This document shows positions 37,410 through 50,352 of a stretch of DNA of 64,000 nt, in pieces. Within the stretch, counting starts at the first letter, position 1. Each line of letters opens with the position of its first letter. The notes beneath the pieces are model-generated. The model did no database searches and was not told where the DNA came from. It worked only from the letters and a program-made list of their open reading frames with translations. The DNA lies in contig MU058451.1 in assembly GCA_013265495.1 (NCBI GenBank), forward strand, positions 824,584 through 888,583, written 5' to 3'. This stretch comes from Vicugna vicugna (Eukaryota). A program made the position numbers and the translations under genes.

Positions 37410-39839
37410 GAAGTTAAACTATTGCTGTCATGAAACTTCATGTAGTGAAATCAGGTAATAGTGAAGTGGTGTTTGATTTGACTAGAAACACGTTATTGTC
37501 ACTTTTTCAAAAGCCACCATGAAAATCTGAGCGTGATATGGTTCTTTAAAAAAAAAAAAGTGACAGTGACATGGTGACTGACATTCCTTTTATTCTCTTC
37601 AACTTTAAGGCTGAGATCTTCCAGGATGGCTTCTGGAAGAGGTGGAATGTATTATGATGACAAAAATAAAGTGTTAATGAGATAAGACGTAAGCACAGGC
37701 TGGACATGTGGCAGTATCTTTGCTGGGGAAGGATTTATTGGTCCAGGCAGGTGTGGGCTTCCATCCCTCAATGTGCTGGCTGGACTTCTCTTACCAAATC
37801 TTGGCCCCTAGGATTGTTTCCCATCAGTGGGCTTTGCTGTATTGACAGCCATACTCCCTGCAAAAGCTTATCGATGGCCAAGGTGGGCTGTACACAGTCA
37901 AGCTCACCGCCATCCACCGCCCGCCTTCTCTCGGTGCCCTTGCTCACCACTGTGCCCCCCGTAAACCTGCACCAGACAGATGAGAACATGGGTAGTCATC
38001 AGACTCTTTGGATGTCTGTAGACTATTAACAAAGTGACGAAAACATCTGGTGCTCACTGACAAAACGAGTGGCATATCTTGCCTGGGGTGGCCAAGGATC
38101 AGAGAGTAACTGGGCTTTGTAAATAGCTTTGCTCAGTATCTCCATCCCCCTGCCCCAAACAAGAAAAATAAAATTTAATAAATAAACCCACATGCTCATA
38201 GTTTTTTCCTCTTTTTTTCAGCGTCTGATAGAGACTGGGACAGATTTAGTGTCTCATATACTTGCCAACCAGCTATTTCACTGCTGATGTGTGTAAGAAA
38301 GATGGCTGGTATCTAGTGAAGTTGACTTCAATACCAATAAACAACACCTCTCCTTCCATCACAATGTTTAGCAGGGATGAAAGTTTAGGCAATCTTTTCC
38401 CAGCCTGATGCCCAAGTCAAACATGATCACTGTTTGGAATTTTTCAGTGGATCAAAGCGGTCAACCTCAGGCTTGCACAAATGGCTTTTAATGTCTAAGT
38501 TCCCACCTTGATCATAAGGAAGTTGAGTCCTACCAGTTCTTTTCCACCAGGAGAGAAGTTTCTCCTCGTAAAGGGGAAGGGGAGAAGTAATTAAAAGAAA
38601 AAAAACCAAAAAAACAAAAACCCTCAAATAACGAGCTCTCCCTTTTTCTCCTAGTGAGAAGAAATCAGGTTCTCAGCTTGTTAATTAACTTATAAATAAA
38701 TTCAGAAGTTTCCTGGTTATTCTCTCTTTGGTTGCAGAGTGTGACTTTGAAGTAAACCTCACTGTTGAGTGGTTGGACATTGAGCTAATGAGATTTTACT
38801 GTTTCGAACAGCTGGTCAAATTTGGAGGCCCCTCGAGCCTAAAGGCAACTGCTGATTTACAAGGATCCTGTAATAGACGCAGTCTTGGCTGATGCTTTTG
38901 TTGTTGGTTTAGGCTGGAGCAAAGGTGTAGATTTTGTGATGCCGTAAAAATGTCAAGTGATTGATTTGAGAATATGTAATACCCAGAGGCAGCCCCGGAC
39001 TAGGAGCCGCATCTTGTGTGGCTCATATTCGAGAATGTTTTAGGAAAGCTTGGGTGATCAACGTGGCAGTGTGTTTTAGAGGAGGCAGCTTTGAAAGAAC
39101 TGGCTGTTTACAGCTGGGTGGAGCTGAAAAGAAGCCTTTGAAAATTATAACTCGCTCCCCATCTCCCTTCCTTGTTGGTAAGGATGTTAAAGCAAATTCC
39201 AGGACTCACATTGTGTGATCTCTGCATCATTGTATCTCTACAAAATAGAGACATATTCTTCAAAACATAAACATCATAATTCTTTGGTATCATCTGATAC
39301 CTAGTTTTGTTTTGTTTTATTTTTTGGATTGTCTTGGAAGTGTCTTTTTAAGTTGGTTTGTTCATCCCAGGATCCAAACAGGGTCACACATTAGCATTTT
39401 GTTGTTAACTCTCTTAACCCATAAGATTCTCTCCTCAAGTAAGTTCTTTGTCTCCATTACAGACAGGAAAACAGGCTGAAGAGACCCTCAGGGACTGAGG
39501 GGGGATAGTGGTCTTTCAGAGCCCAGGTCTCTTCCTGCACCACCTGTCTCCTTTTCTTGGCAGATTCATTCCTCCTGCTGGGGTTGGGTTTATTTCCTCT
39601 GGGTATCTTCCTTTCCACCTGACTATCTTCTCCTCATTGCACCTTAGTAGGAAATCGGAAACTCAGGGTTCAGCTCTGATTGCGTTCCTGTTACCTGTGT
39701 TTGTCACTTTGTCCGGAATTATTTCAGAATAGAGTGGCTGAATCACAGAAATCGCAGTCAGCCCCAGAGCCTGGATGTGGGAACCTGCTGCTTCCCTTGG
39801 TAGTTTCCAGAATTCTGGATGCTCTAGACAGTTCGTTGG

Positions 39840-39840
<1 letters not shown>

Positions 39841-39870
<30 letters not shown>
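39841..39870 (+). repeat. (T)30 mononucleotide run
   Basis: Directly visible. Confidence 0.95.
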
Positions 39871-39871
<1 letters not shown>

Positions 39872-39929
39872 TGGGGGAAGGAAGGGAAGGCTGCTGATAA
39901 GGAGATAAATAAAACAAATTTATTTCTCT

Positions 39930-40256
39930 ATTTTTTGATAGACTTTATTATTTTTAGAGCAGTTTCAGGTTTATAGCAGAACTGAGCAGAAAATACAGAG
40001 TTCCCACATAGCCGTCCCCACCCACACATATGTACTCCCCGAGCCTCAACATCCCTCACCAGTGTGGCCTATTTGGTACAATTGATGAGCCAACATGGGC
40101 ACATTATTATCAACCGAAGTCCGTAGTCTACATTAGGGTTCACTCTTGATGTTGTGCATTCCATGGGTTTTGACAAATGCATAATGACATGTAGCCACTA
40201 TAGTATCATACAGAGTAATTTCATTGCCCTAAAAATCCCTTGTGCTCCATCTATTA
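39930..40256 (-). mobile_element. L1MC/MD-type 3'UTR fragment
   Basis: tttttagagcagtttcaggtttatagcagaactgagcagaaaatacagagttccca...tacattagggttcactcttgatgttgt...gccctaaaaatccc. Confidence 0.85.
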
Positions 40257-40299
40257 ACTTTTTTTTTAAGAGTTAGCGCTAGGCCTTCAGTATGTAATC

Positions 40300-40850
40300 C
40301 AGTAACTAGTCTAGGCGCTTACCGGGGCGGAATTCTTAAACTGTGTTTTCACTAGTACCAGTCCAGAAAAGAGAACTTCCTCTCCGGCAGCAGCGAGAGC
40401 TCAGGGGGACCCCCTGCTGGTCCCCTCGCCTTAGTGAGGGGGTGGGATCAAAGGAAAACACAGGAAACAGTTCGCACATCCATAAAAACCTAGGCTTTAC
40501 CCCTGTTCATCTGGCCGGCATTCCGTCTCTCCCAGAGGCAGTCCTCCCCGGTCCCGCCCGCTGCCACGCCCTCACATCCTGCCCAGGAGCCGCGCTTTGC
40601 GGGCAGCCGAGTGCTGGCGGCTACCTTTGCTGCTGCCTCTGGGCCGCTGAGACCCTCCTTCCCCTCCCAGGCCCCACCCCTGGCCCCTGCTGACCGGGCC
40701 CTGCCCGAGGCCGCCCGGCGCGGTGGCACACGGCTGCACCTCGGGCTTGCTGTGCGCTTTTACACCCAGCAGGCCTGAGTTTGAATCCCCGCTCGTTCCC
40801 AGCAGGGTCTTGTGCCAGCCCGTCAGCCATCCTGGTCACGCTGTGCCTGC
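40300..40850. promoter_or_regulatory. Small CpG-island-like element (candidate enhancer or alternative promoter)
   Basis: GC- and CpG-dense non-repetitive block (cccgcccgc, gccgcgc, gccgcccggcgcgg) with GC boxes. Confidence 0.5.
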
Positions 40851-42097
40851 TTTCTGGTGACAAAGGATGAAAAGATCTAGCCTCTGGGGTTGGGGCAGCT
40901 AGCCCTTTGGGATTTTTAGTCTCCATTGTCTTAGGGAAGCTCTAGTATAAATAAGGTTATTTTTTTTAAAAAAGATACCTTTCCAGAGCACTAATATCCT
41001 GAGTCTTGTATCTAGTTAATGGTGTTTCTTTGTAATGATAATGATTTTATTTAGGTGACGTCAAACACTAATTCCTCCGTGTAAAACCTGGCACTCCCTC
41101 TGTTCACCCCACACTCTCCTTCTCTTGAATTTCTGTAAGTTGTCTTTTATTTGTTTTTCTTATATTCCACATGGTCTCTATTGCACCTGGCTTTTCTTAA
41201 GTTCCTTCGGGGTATGTGTCCTGTTTCTCTTACGGGGCTGTGAATCCTTCGGGGCAGGATCTTATTTTAATGTATTGAACCAAACCTCCCACCCACCTCA
41301 TGGCCCCTCAGCGGCACACTTCAAGCACACAAAGTATTCAGCGCACGTTGGTTAATATATGTGTGATCCCTCAAGAGCAGGTTAGGAGCAGAGGGGTACT
41401 GATTTCCACTTAATCTCTAGCTTTGGGTCTCATGCTATTTTGGGAGAAGGGATGAAAGAAAAGCGTTGGAAGGGGTTGGACAGTTACCTGCCTCTCCACC
41501 ATTCTAAGACAACTTACTGGCCCGTTTCCTTTGTGAACGCTGACTCAACGTATGCTGCCTGGGTTTTTTCCATTCCAATAAACATCAGTGAAGCTCTAAA
41601 AAAGCCAGCCCCTTTTAGTCATGGGTGCCATGTGCTCTTTTATGAACCCATGAATCAGTATATAGTCAGAACCAGATCTTGTGAGAGAAATCTGTGTACA
41701 GATCAGTTGTTGGCACCTACCTCAGACATTTCCTTGGTCCTAGAAGCTGAGGCTGTGGTAGACAGGAAACGCTGGGCCTCTGCTGTACCTGAGCTTCCAT
41801 CTTTGCTAAGTTCCTTTCCATTCTTGCTGGGGTAAGCTTGGGTGTGAGAGGCTACATGGGTGGCTTTACCATGCAAAAAGTTAACTAAGGTTTTGACTCA
41901 CTTTGATTTGAGTGTTCACGGGTCCCAGACCCCTTCTCCATGGCAGGAGTCAGGGGGCCTTCCATGGCTAGGCCTGCCCAGGGACAGAGGGTCTAGAAAT
42001 CCTCTGACAGCTTGCCAGAGAGCCCTGGGGGAGCCAGTGGCCAAGGGCTTGGGCACTACTGAGCTCTGCTTGAAAGTGTCTACACAGTAAGCCAAAC

Positions 42098-42798
42098 TGT
42101 GAGGTTAGGGGGCGGTCCTCCACTGCCAAGTCTGCCTACGACTCTGCAGCAAGTTCGGATCGAACAACAAAGTTAGAGGCACAGTCCCAGATCTTCCTTC
42201 CTTCTAACACCAACTGCAAGTTTGAGAGGTGGTTCCCTAAACCACCTTCAAGTTTGATTATTCGATGGAAGAACTCATAGAACTCACTGAAAGCTGTTAC
42301 ACTCAAGCTGTGATTTATTAGGGGCAGAGGCTAAAGACCAAAGTTCGTCAAAGGAAGAGATGCGTAGGGCAGAGTCTGGGAAGGTCCAAACGCAAAGCTT
42401 CCATCATCCTTATGGATGTGTTACCCTCCGGCATCAACAGGTGATGGTATACGTGGAATGTTCCCAACAAGGGAGGTCCACCTGAACTTCAGAGTCCAGA
42501 GTTTTCACTGGGGGCTTCATTCTGTAGGTCTGACTGACTGACAGCCCACGTAGTTGACCTCAGCCGCCAGGTCAACTGCTTGATCAAAAGCCTTCACTCT
42601 AAAGCACGTTTGGTCTCTCTCAGGTGGCCAGTTCCCACCTCACAATATTGCATGTGGCTGGCCCTACCCTAAAATACCTGGTGTGGCCGGCTTGCTCCCT
42701 AAACAAAAACCCTCCTATTGGGTATGATGTTTACCTCCCAGAAATGGAGGGCAAAGGCCAGACTTCTCTTTGGGCAAGTCCAACTTCCTTACCGGACA
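42098..42798 (-). mobile_element. MER21-family LTR
   Basis: caccaactgcaagtt...aaaccaccttcaagtttgat...actcatagaactcactgaaagctgtta...gggcaaaggccagacttctctttggg...aca. Confidence 0.8.
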
Positions 42799-43011
42799 GT
42801 GACTTACCAAGTCTCTTTACTGTGCCCAGCTCTTCAACCTCTGGGGCTCTTTTTCCTGGCAAATCAATTAAAATAAACAAGCAAAGTTGTTACTCTATAA
42901 CACCTCCCTTTAACTCTCAGACCCAAACATCATCACTTGCCAGATTAATGTGTATGACATTGTGTTAATTCACCTAGCCCTGTATGTAGTACAAAGTTGG
43001 CATTCAGCAGA

Positions 43012-43158
43012 CCAGAAGTCCTAGTCTGAACCCCTTGAAATCATATGTAAAATTTTGCAAGTATGTTTGCATTTGGGTTTGGATGGGGCATCAGGGTTCC
43101 TACATTTCATCAAATTTCAAAGAGGTCTACATCCCATAAAAGTTGGAGCCCACCTGGC
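43012..43158. mobile_element. MER103-like hAT-Charlie element
   Basis: aaccccttgaaatcatatgtaaaattttg...tttcatcaaatttcaaagaggtct...aaaagtt. Confidence 0.6.
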
Positions 43159-44159
43159 CCAGATAAAAGTGAATTCTCTCCCTGCACATCACCACTGCTG
43201 GACTATTTTTTCATGAGCTCTAGGAGTTTTGTTCGCTAACAGAAGAAGCACAGAGGAGACAGTGCCTGGGCTGGAAGTGTAAGGGCAGTTTTGCTATCTG
43301 GTTTACAAGGCCTCTTGGGTTAATGCTAGAAGCATCAAAGCGAGCATTTCTTCTGTCTTTCCTGTGCTCTGCAGGCCAAGAGTTTCTTGTGCTAAAATAA
43401 ACAACTGGCGGTTTTATTAGGCTCCACAGAAGGAAGGAAGAAGTTTATGTTTCATACCTTTTATATTATAGAGAACATTACTATGCGAACTTCAATTCTT
43501 CAATCTGTTTATTTAAACTTAAAAAACAGTACTAATGCTATAAATAGAATAAACCATGTCCACTCCTGAGCATTTACAACAAGCATGCAGCCAGTAATCT
43601 AGACCCTAAAAAAATAAACCACTTACCCTTAATAGTCAGGAGAGGGATGTAGATGTGGATAAATGGATGTAGATCACTTTTAGATTTTATTAAGCTATAG
43701 CTGGCTCGGGCAGAGGGAGGGGAGAGGTTCTACCTGTTTTAAACTGTAGAAAAAACCCCATACACTTTATTTTGCATCCCTCAAATCTCTTACAAAATCA
43801 TGGAAATTATGACATGATTGTGCCACACAGGACTCAACTTTGCTTTACTCTGTGGAGGGGTTTGAAATCTGATCATACAGAAGAAATGTGTTTATTTTCA
43901 GTTTGTTGTGTTCAGTTCTTGCAATACCTTGGTTCTTATCAGACAAGGAAATAAGTGTTTGATGCTCTGTAACCCTGATTCATTCAGAGGTGTTAACTGA
44001 GTGCAGCCCAGCACACGATCCAGTACTAGATTCTGAGAAGGATACATATGAAACGATTACTCTTGAAAGCCTCACCGTTTAGTGGGGAAGATGAGTGGTT
44101 CCCAATAGTCACAGTATTTTGTTACAGTTAATGATTTGCATGTCTTTATTGTAGACTCT

Positions 44160-44632
44160 CTCAAAATCCCAATGTCTTTTTTTTTTTAACAGAAATAGAA
44201 AAATCCATCCTAAAATTTACATAGAATCTCCAGGGACCCCAAATATCCCCAAAAAATATTGGAAAAAAAAAAAAAGAAAGTTGGAGATTTTATACTTCCT
44301 GAATTCAAAACTTAATACAAAGCTAAATTAATCAAAACGACATGGTACTGGCAGAAAGACAATAGGCCAATGGAATAGGATAGAGAGCCCAGAAATAAAC
44401 CCTCACATATGGTCAAAAGATTTTCAAGAAGGGTGCCAGGGCCATTCACTGGAGAAAGGGCAGTCTTTTCAACAAATGGTGTTCGAGAAACTGGATAACC
44501 ACATGCAAAAGAATGAAGCTGGACCCTTACCTAATACCACACACAAAAATTAACTCAAAGCAGGTCAAAACATTAAAGCAAAAACTATAAAACTCTTAGA
44601 GGAAAACAGAGGAAAAGCTTCACGACACTGGC
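44160..44632 (+). mobile_element. L1 ORF2 internal fragment
   Basis: agaaatagaaaaatccatcctaaaattt...gagagcccagaaataaaccctcacatatgg...ttcaacaaatggtgt...cacatgcaaaagaatgaagctggaccc. Confidence 0.88.
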
Positions 44633-45112
44633 TGTGGCTGGAGTCAGAGACCTGGGCTCAAGACCACCATTCCCTACCTGTATGATCTTAAGTGCGTTAC
44701 CTACTCTCTCTAGGTCTCAGCTTTCTCATCTGTAAAAAGATGACAGTAATGGAATGATCGTGGGAACTAGGTAAATTAACACGTCATTAATCAGTGCCGG
44801 TATCTGGCATGCAGTTTACTATCAGCCGTTATCATCCACTTGGGGGAACAGCAGGCAGCATAACACAGTAGTTAAGTAGGTGGGCTTCGGAGTCAGGTTT
44901 TTCTAGGTTGATATTCTGGTTCTACCCTTTGCTGCCTCTTGGACTTTGGGCAAATGCTTTACGTTTCTATAGCTGAGGACTTTAAAAAACATTCTGAACA
45001 ATGGAATTAATAATACTTATCTCATAAAGTTGTAAAGATCAGATGAAATAATCCCCTTGACCAGCTCTTAGAAAAGTAGTTAGCACTCCCCAGTGTCAGT
45101 TCTTACAGCTGC
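44633..45112 (+). mobile_element. Two tandem MIR SINEs
   Basis: ctggagtcagagacctgggctca...tctcagctttctcatctgtaaaa; second copy ggcagcataacacagtagttaag...ggagtcag...ttgggcaaatg...tcataaagttgtaaagat. Confidence 0.75.
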
Positions 45113-46601
45113 TACAGTGGTCAGTACAGCATCGGACAGATAGTACGTGCTCATCTAATGAACCATCATTCTGCCCTAAATGATGGCTTTTAGGAAGTGT
45201 TTAATGACGTGCAAAAATAGTCATCGTAAACTGTCAGGAAAGACAGGATAAAAAGTCAAATATGCAATTTGATCTCAACTATGTAAGAAAAAAGCAGAAT
45301 AAAAGTTATTTAAAAGTAGCCTATTGAACTATTACTAGTGGCCATGCCTTAGATGGAAAAATCATGGATAGGTTTATTGTTTCTTTATATTTTTGTGGAA
45401 TTTTCAAAATTTCTACCATGAGTATGTGCTTTGACCATTGGAAATATTAAAATGCAGTTAAATAAGCTGGAAAGAGGCATACGAGTCAATGCCATCTACT
45501 GCTGCTTGGCACGCTGGCTAGCAATCACCAGAGGAGGGCGAAGACTGTGGCCCTGGGGAGATGGGACCGTTTGTACGTGTGTGCTTGTGCATGTGTGTCT
45601 TGTCTCCCAAAGAGTCTGAGAGATCCTTGAGGGTATAGACTCTGCCAGCCAATCCCCCAGGCTTTCCTTCTAACGCAGGGTCTAGCATAGATAGTCAGGG
45701 TCTTTGCACACAGGTGGTCACTGAACACACGGTGAAGCAGGAAATGGTATTAATGTTGGAAGGAGAGGTTCAAGCCAAGGCTGCCGCGGCAGGGGGTTGG
45801 GGTTGACCTGCCTGGGTGACCCAGTGTCCTTCCACCCCAGAGACTGTGCAGGTGGAGGGGAAAGATCAGAGCTCATGGAAAACCAGAGAACTTCTCTCCT
45901 TGGACTGGGCAGTCCAACAGTCAGCTTTGGTGGAAGATACTCTCTCTTTGCAGAAGACATGGTGTTTGGGCTGAAACTTGCTTAACGTAGGGAACGGAAA
46001 ATAGGAAAGTTTTCATTTTAAAATTTAAAAAGCTTTTAAATTATTTTAGCTGTATCATTTGCTCATTGGAAACTTCAGAAAATAAAAACATAATCAAGAC
46101 GTTAAAGCGCTTCAAAATTGCACCACTCAGAGATGATCACTGTATATATTGGTAGATATTAGTCTAAATTTTTTACTGTGTGTGTGTACTGTTTGTACCT
46201 TGATTTTTCTTCTTGACTAAACAATATATTGTGGACAGCTTTCCATGATGATAGATATAGCTGTACATAATTTGTTTAGCACTTGCACAGTATTTCATTG
46301 CATAGATGTACTTCCATTTTTAAAAATCAGTTCTAACATGTGCTATGTGTTGGAGATGCAATGACCAAAACAGACATGGTGCTTGCCCTCATAGGACTAA
46401 GGGGTCCCCTCTCTAACCCCTTAGACAATTAAAACAACACAGATAAAGCATGCTGAGTGTGATGTTGGGGTAGAAGTTTCTCCTGGAGCACAGAGGCAGA
46501 AGTCCCCAGCTTACAGGCACATCTGAGTGTAATTCATACTATGTCTTTATGTGTCATTAAGCTTTCATTTTTTAATGAGGTATAATTGACATGTCACATT
46601 A

Positions 46602-48462
46602 CAGGCATACCTCGGAGATACTGCAGGTTTGGTTCCAGACCACCACAGTAGAGCAGATATCACAATGTAGTGAGTTGCATGAATATCTTGGTTTCCTAGT
46701 GCATATAAAAGTTATATTTATACTACAGTACAGTTTGTTAAGTGTGCAATAGCATTTTGTCTAAAAAATGCACATACCTTAATTTAAAAATACTTTATTT
46801 CTAAAAAATGCTAACCATCATCTGAGCCTTTGTAGAGTCAGTCTTTTTGCTGATGGAGGGTCTTGCCTCGGTGTTGATGGCTGCTGATTGATCAAGGTGG
46901 GGGATGCTGAAGTTTGGGGTGGCTGTGGCAAGATCTTAAAATAAGATAACAAAGAAGTTTGCCACATCAATTGATTCTTCCTTTCAGGAAAGATTTCTCT
47001 GTAGCTTGCAAGGCTGTTTGAACCCTCAAACCTTGCATTTTTTTTAATCAGCTAAGTTTACGTCATATTCTAAATCCTTTGTTGTCATTTCAACAATCCT
47101 CACAGCATTTTCACCAGGAGTAGATTTCATCTCAAAAAAAAAAAAAAAAAAACGACTTGCTTTGCTCACCCGAAAGAAGTAACCCCTCATTTGTTAAAGC
47201 TTTATCATGAGGTTGTAGCAATTCAGTCACATCTTCAGGCTCCACTTCTGATTCTAGTTTTCTCTCTTTTTTTTTTAAATGAAGCACTTCTTTTTATTGC
47301 AGTATAGTCGGTTTACAATGTTGTGTGAATTTCTGGTGTACACCGTCGTGATTCAGATATCTATATATATGTTCTTTTTCATTATAGGCTGTTACAAGGT
47401 ATTGAATATAGTTCCCTGTGCTGTACAGTTGGACCTTTTTGTTTATCTATGATTCTTGTTCTCTTACTATTTCTAAGACACCTGCAGTTACTTCCTCCAC
47501 TGAAGCCTTGAACCCCTCAAAATCATCCATGAGGGCTGGAATCAACCGCTTCCAAACTCCTGTTAATGTTGGTATTTTGACATCTTCTAATGAATCACAC
47601 ATGTTCTTTACGACATCTAGAATGGTGAATCCTTTCCAGAAGGTTTTCAATTTAATTTGCCCAGATCCATTGGAAGAATCACTGTCCATCATAGAACTGA
47701 AGAGAGTTAGGGCCTTGCTCTGGATTAGGCTTTGGATACAGGGAATGTTGTGGCCGGTTTGATCTTCTATCCAGACCACTAAAATCTCCGTATCGGCGAT
47801 AAGGCTGTTTTCCTCTCTTATCACTCGTGTGGTCACTGGAGTAGCACTTTCAATTTCCTTCAAGAACTTTTCCTTTTTATTCACAACTCGGCTAACTCTT
47901 TGGAACAAGGGGCCTTGCTTTCAGCCTGTTTTGGCTTTTGATATGCCTTCCTCACGAAGGTAAATCATTTGTAGCTTTTAATTTAAAGTGAGAGGTATGT
48001 GCGTTACCCTTTCACTCGCCACGTGGAGGCTGTTGCATCATTATGAATTGGCCTAATTTCAGTAGTGTCGTGTCTCAGGGAACAGGGAGTCCCCAGAAGA
48101 GGGAGAGAGACAGGGGAACGGCCAGCTGGTGGGGCAGTCAGAACACACACAGCATTTATCGGTTAAGCTTGCTGTCTTCCATGGCCATGGCTTGTGGCAC
48201 CCCAAGACAGTCGCAGTAGTAACATCAGAGCTCACTGATCACAGACCACCATAGCAAATATAATAGCAACCCAAAAGTTTGAAATACTGTGAGAATTACC
48301 AAAATGTGATACAGAGACATGAAGTGAGCAAATGAGACTGTTCGGAAAATGGTGCCCATAGGCTTGTTTGCAGCAGGGTTGCCAGAAAATATCAACTTGC
48401 TAAGAAATGTAATTATCTGTGAGGTGCAATAAAGCAAAGTACCATAAAATGAGGTACACCTG
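46602..48462 (-). mobile_element. Tigger1 DNA transposon with internal deletions, both TIRs present
   Basis: ta|caggcatacctc ... gaggtacacctg|ta (TA TSD); ORF 47447-47908 has transposase homology (LVVWIEDQT.HNIP..QSLIQSKALTLF; KLKTFWKGFTILD). Confidence 0.95.
47264..47449 (-). mobile_element. Short L1 3'-end insertion inside Tigger1
   Basis: Poly-T, ttattgcagtatagtcggtttacaatgttg...atagttccctgtgctgtacagt; TSD tgattct(a/t)gtt(t/c)tct at 47249-47263 and 47450-47464. Confidence 0.88.
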
Positions 48463-50352
48463 TATACTAGTTTTAGGTGTAAAACATAATGATTTGATAT
48501 TTGTATGTATTGCAAAGTGATCACAATAAGTCTAGTTAACATGGGACACTGCATAAATTGATTTTTCTTGTGATGAGAACTTTTAGGAACTCACTTAGCA
48601 GCTTTTAAAGGTGCGATAGAGTATCAAAAAATATAGTCACCTTGTTGTACATTACCTCCCCATGGACCTATTTATTTTATATTTTATTTGGAAACTTATG
48701 CCTTTTGATCCCTTCACCCATTTTGCCCACCCCTACCCCCTGCCTCTGGCAACCAACAATCTGTTCTCTGTACCTGTGAATTTGGTTGTATTTTTAGTTT
48801 AGTTCAGGTTTTCTTTTGGATTTCACATATAAGTGTTACCATATGCTGTATTTGTCTTTCTCTTTCTGACTTATTTCACATATATTTCTCTCAAGATACA
48901 TTCATATTGTTGCAAATGGCAAGATTTCACTCATTTTTATGGCTGTATAATATTCCATTTGTAGGTATACCATATTTTCTTTATCCATTCACCCATTAGT
49001 GGACAGTTATGTTGTTTCCATGTCTTCACTATTGCAAACAATGCTGTCATGAACATATCTTTTGAAATTAGTGTATTTTATTTTCTTCAAATCAATACCC
49101 AGAAGTTGAATGCTGGATCATGTGGTAATTCTATTTTTAATTTTTTGAGGAACTTCCATACTATTTTCCATAGTAGCTGCACCAGTTTACGTTCCCACAA
49201 ACAGTATACGAGGGTTCCCTTTTCTCTACCACCAACCTCACCAATGCTTGTTATTTGTGGTCTTTTTGATAACAGCCATTCTGACAGGTGTGAGGTGATA
49301 GCTCATTGTGGTTTTAACTTGCATTTCTCTGATTAGTGATGTTGAGCACTTTTCATGTACCTGTTGGCATCTTTGTGTCTTTGGAAAAATGTCTATTCAG
49401 TGTCTCTGCTCATTTTATAAATCAGATTGTTTCTTTGCTGTCAAGTTGTGAGTTTTTTTAATAAGCTTTGGACATAAACCTCTTATTAGATATACAAATT
49501 GCAATTAGTATCTCCCATTCAGTCGGCTGCCTTTTCACTTGGTTGATGGCTTCCTTTGCTGTGCATAAGCTTTTTAGTTTGTATACTCCCACTTGTTTAT
49601 TTTTGATTTTGTTTTCTTTGCTTTTGATGCCAAATCCAAAAATTCATTACCAAGACTGATGTCAAGGACCTTACCACCTATTCAATTTCTTCTAGATGTC
49701 TTATGGTTTCAGGTCTTATCTTCAAATCTTTAATCCATTCTGAGGTAATTTTGGTGTAAGATTGTGGTTCAATTTCATTCTTTTACATGTGGCTATCCGG
49801 TTTTCCCAAGACCACTTTTCCCTATTGTATTTTTTGTCTCCTGTTTCACAGATTAATTACTCATATAAGTGTGGGTTCTTTATTCTGTACCATTGATCTA
49901 TGGTGTTTTTATACCAGTACCATACTTCTTGATTATGTAATTTTGTAATATACGTTCTGTTTTATTTAGTTTTATAATATAGTTTGAAATCGGGGAGCAT
50001 GACCCCTCCAGCTTTGTTCTACTTTCTCAAGATTGCTTTGGCTATTCAGGGTCTTTTGTGTTTCCATCCAAATGTTTTAGAATTGTTTGTTCTACTTCTG
50101 TGAAAAATGTCATTGGAGTTTTGATAGAGATTGCATTGAATCTGTATTTTGCTTTGGGTAGTATGGGCATTTAAACAATATTAATTGTTACAATCAATGA
50201 TCATGGAATATATTTCCATTTATTTGTATCATCTTCATTTTCTTTCATTAATGTCTCATGGTTTTCAATGTACAGGTCTTTCACCCCCTTGATTAAATCT
50301 ATTCCTAAATATTTCATTCTTTCTGTTGCAGCTATAAATAGGATTGTTTTCT

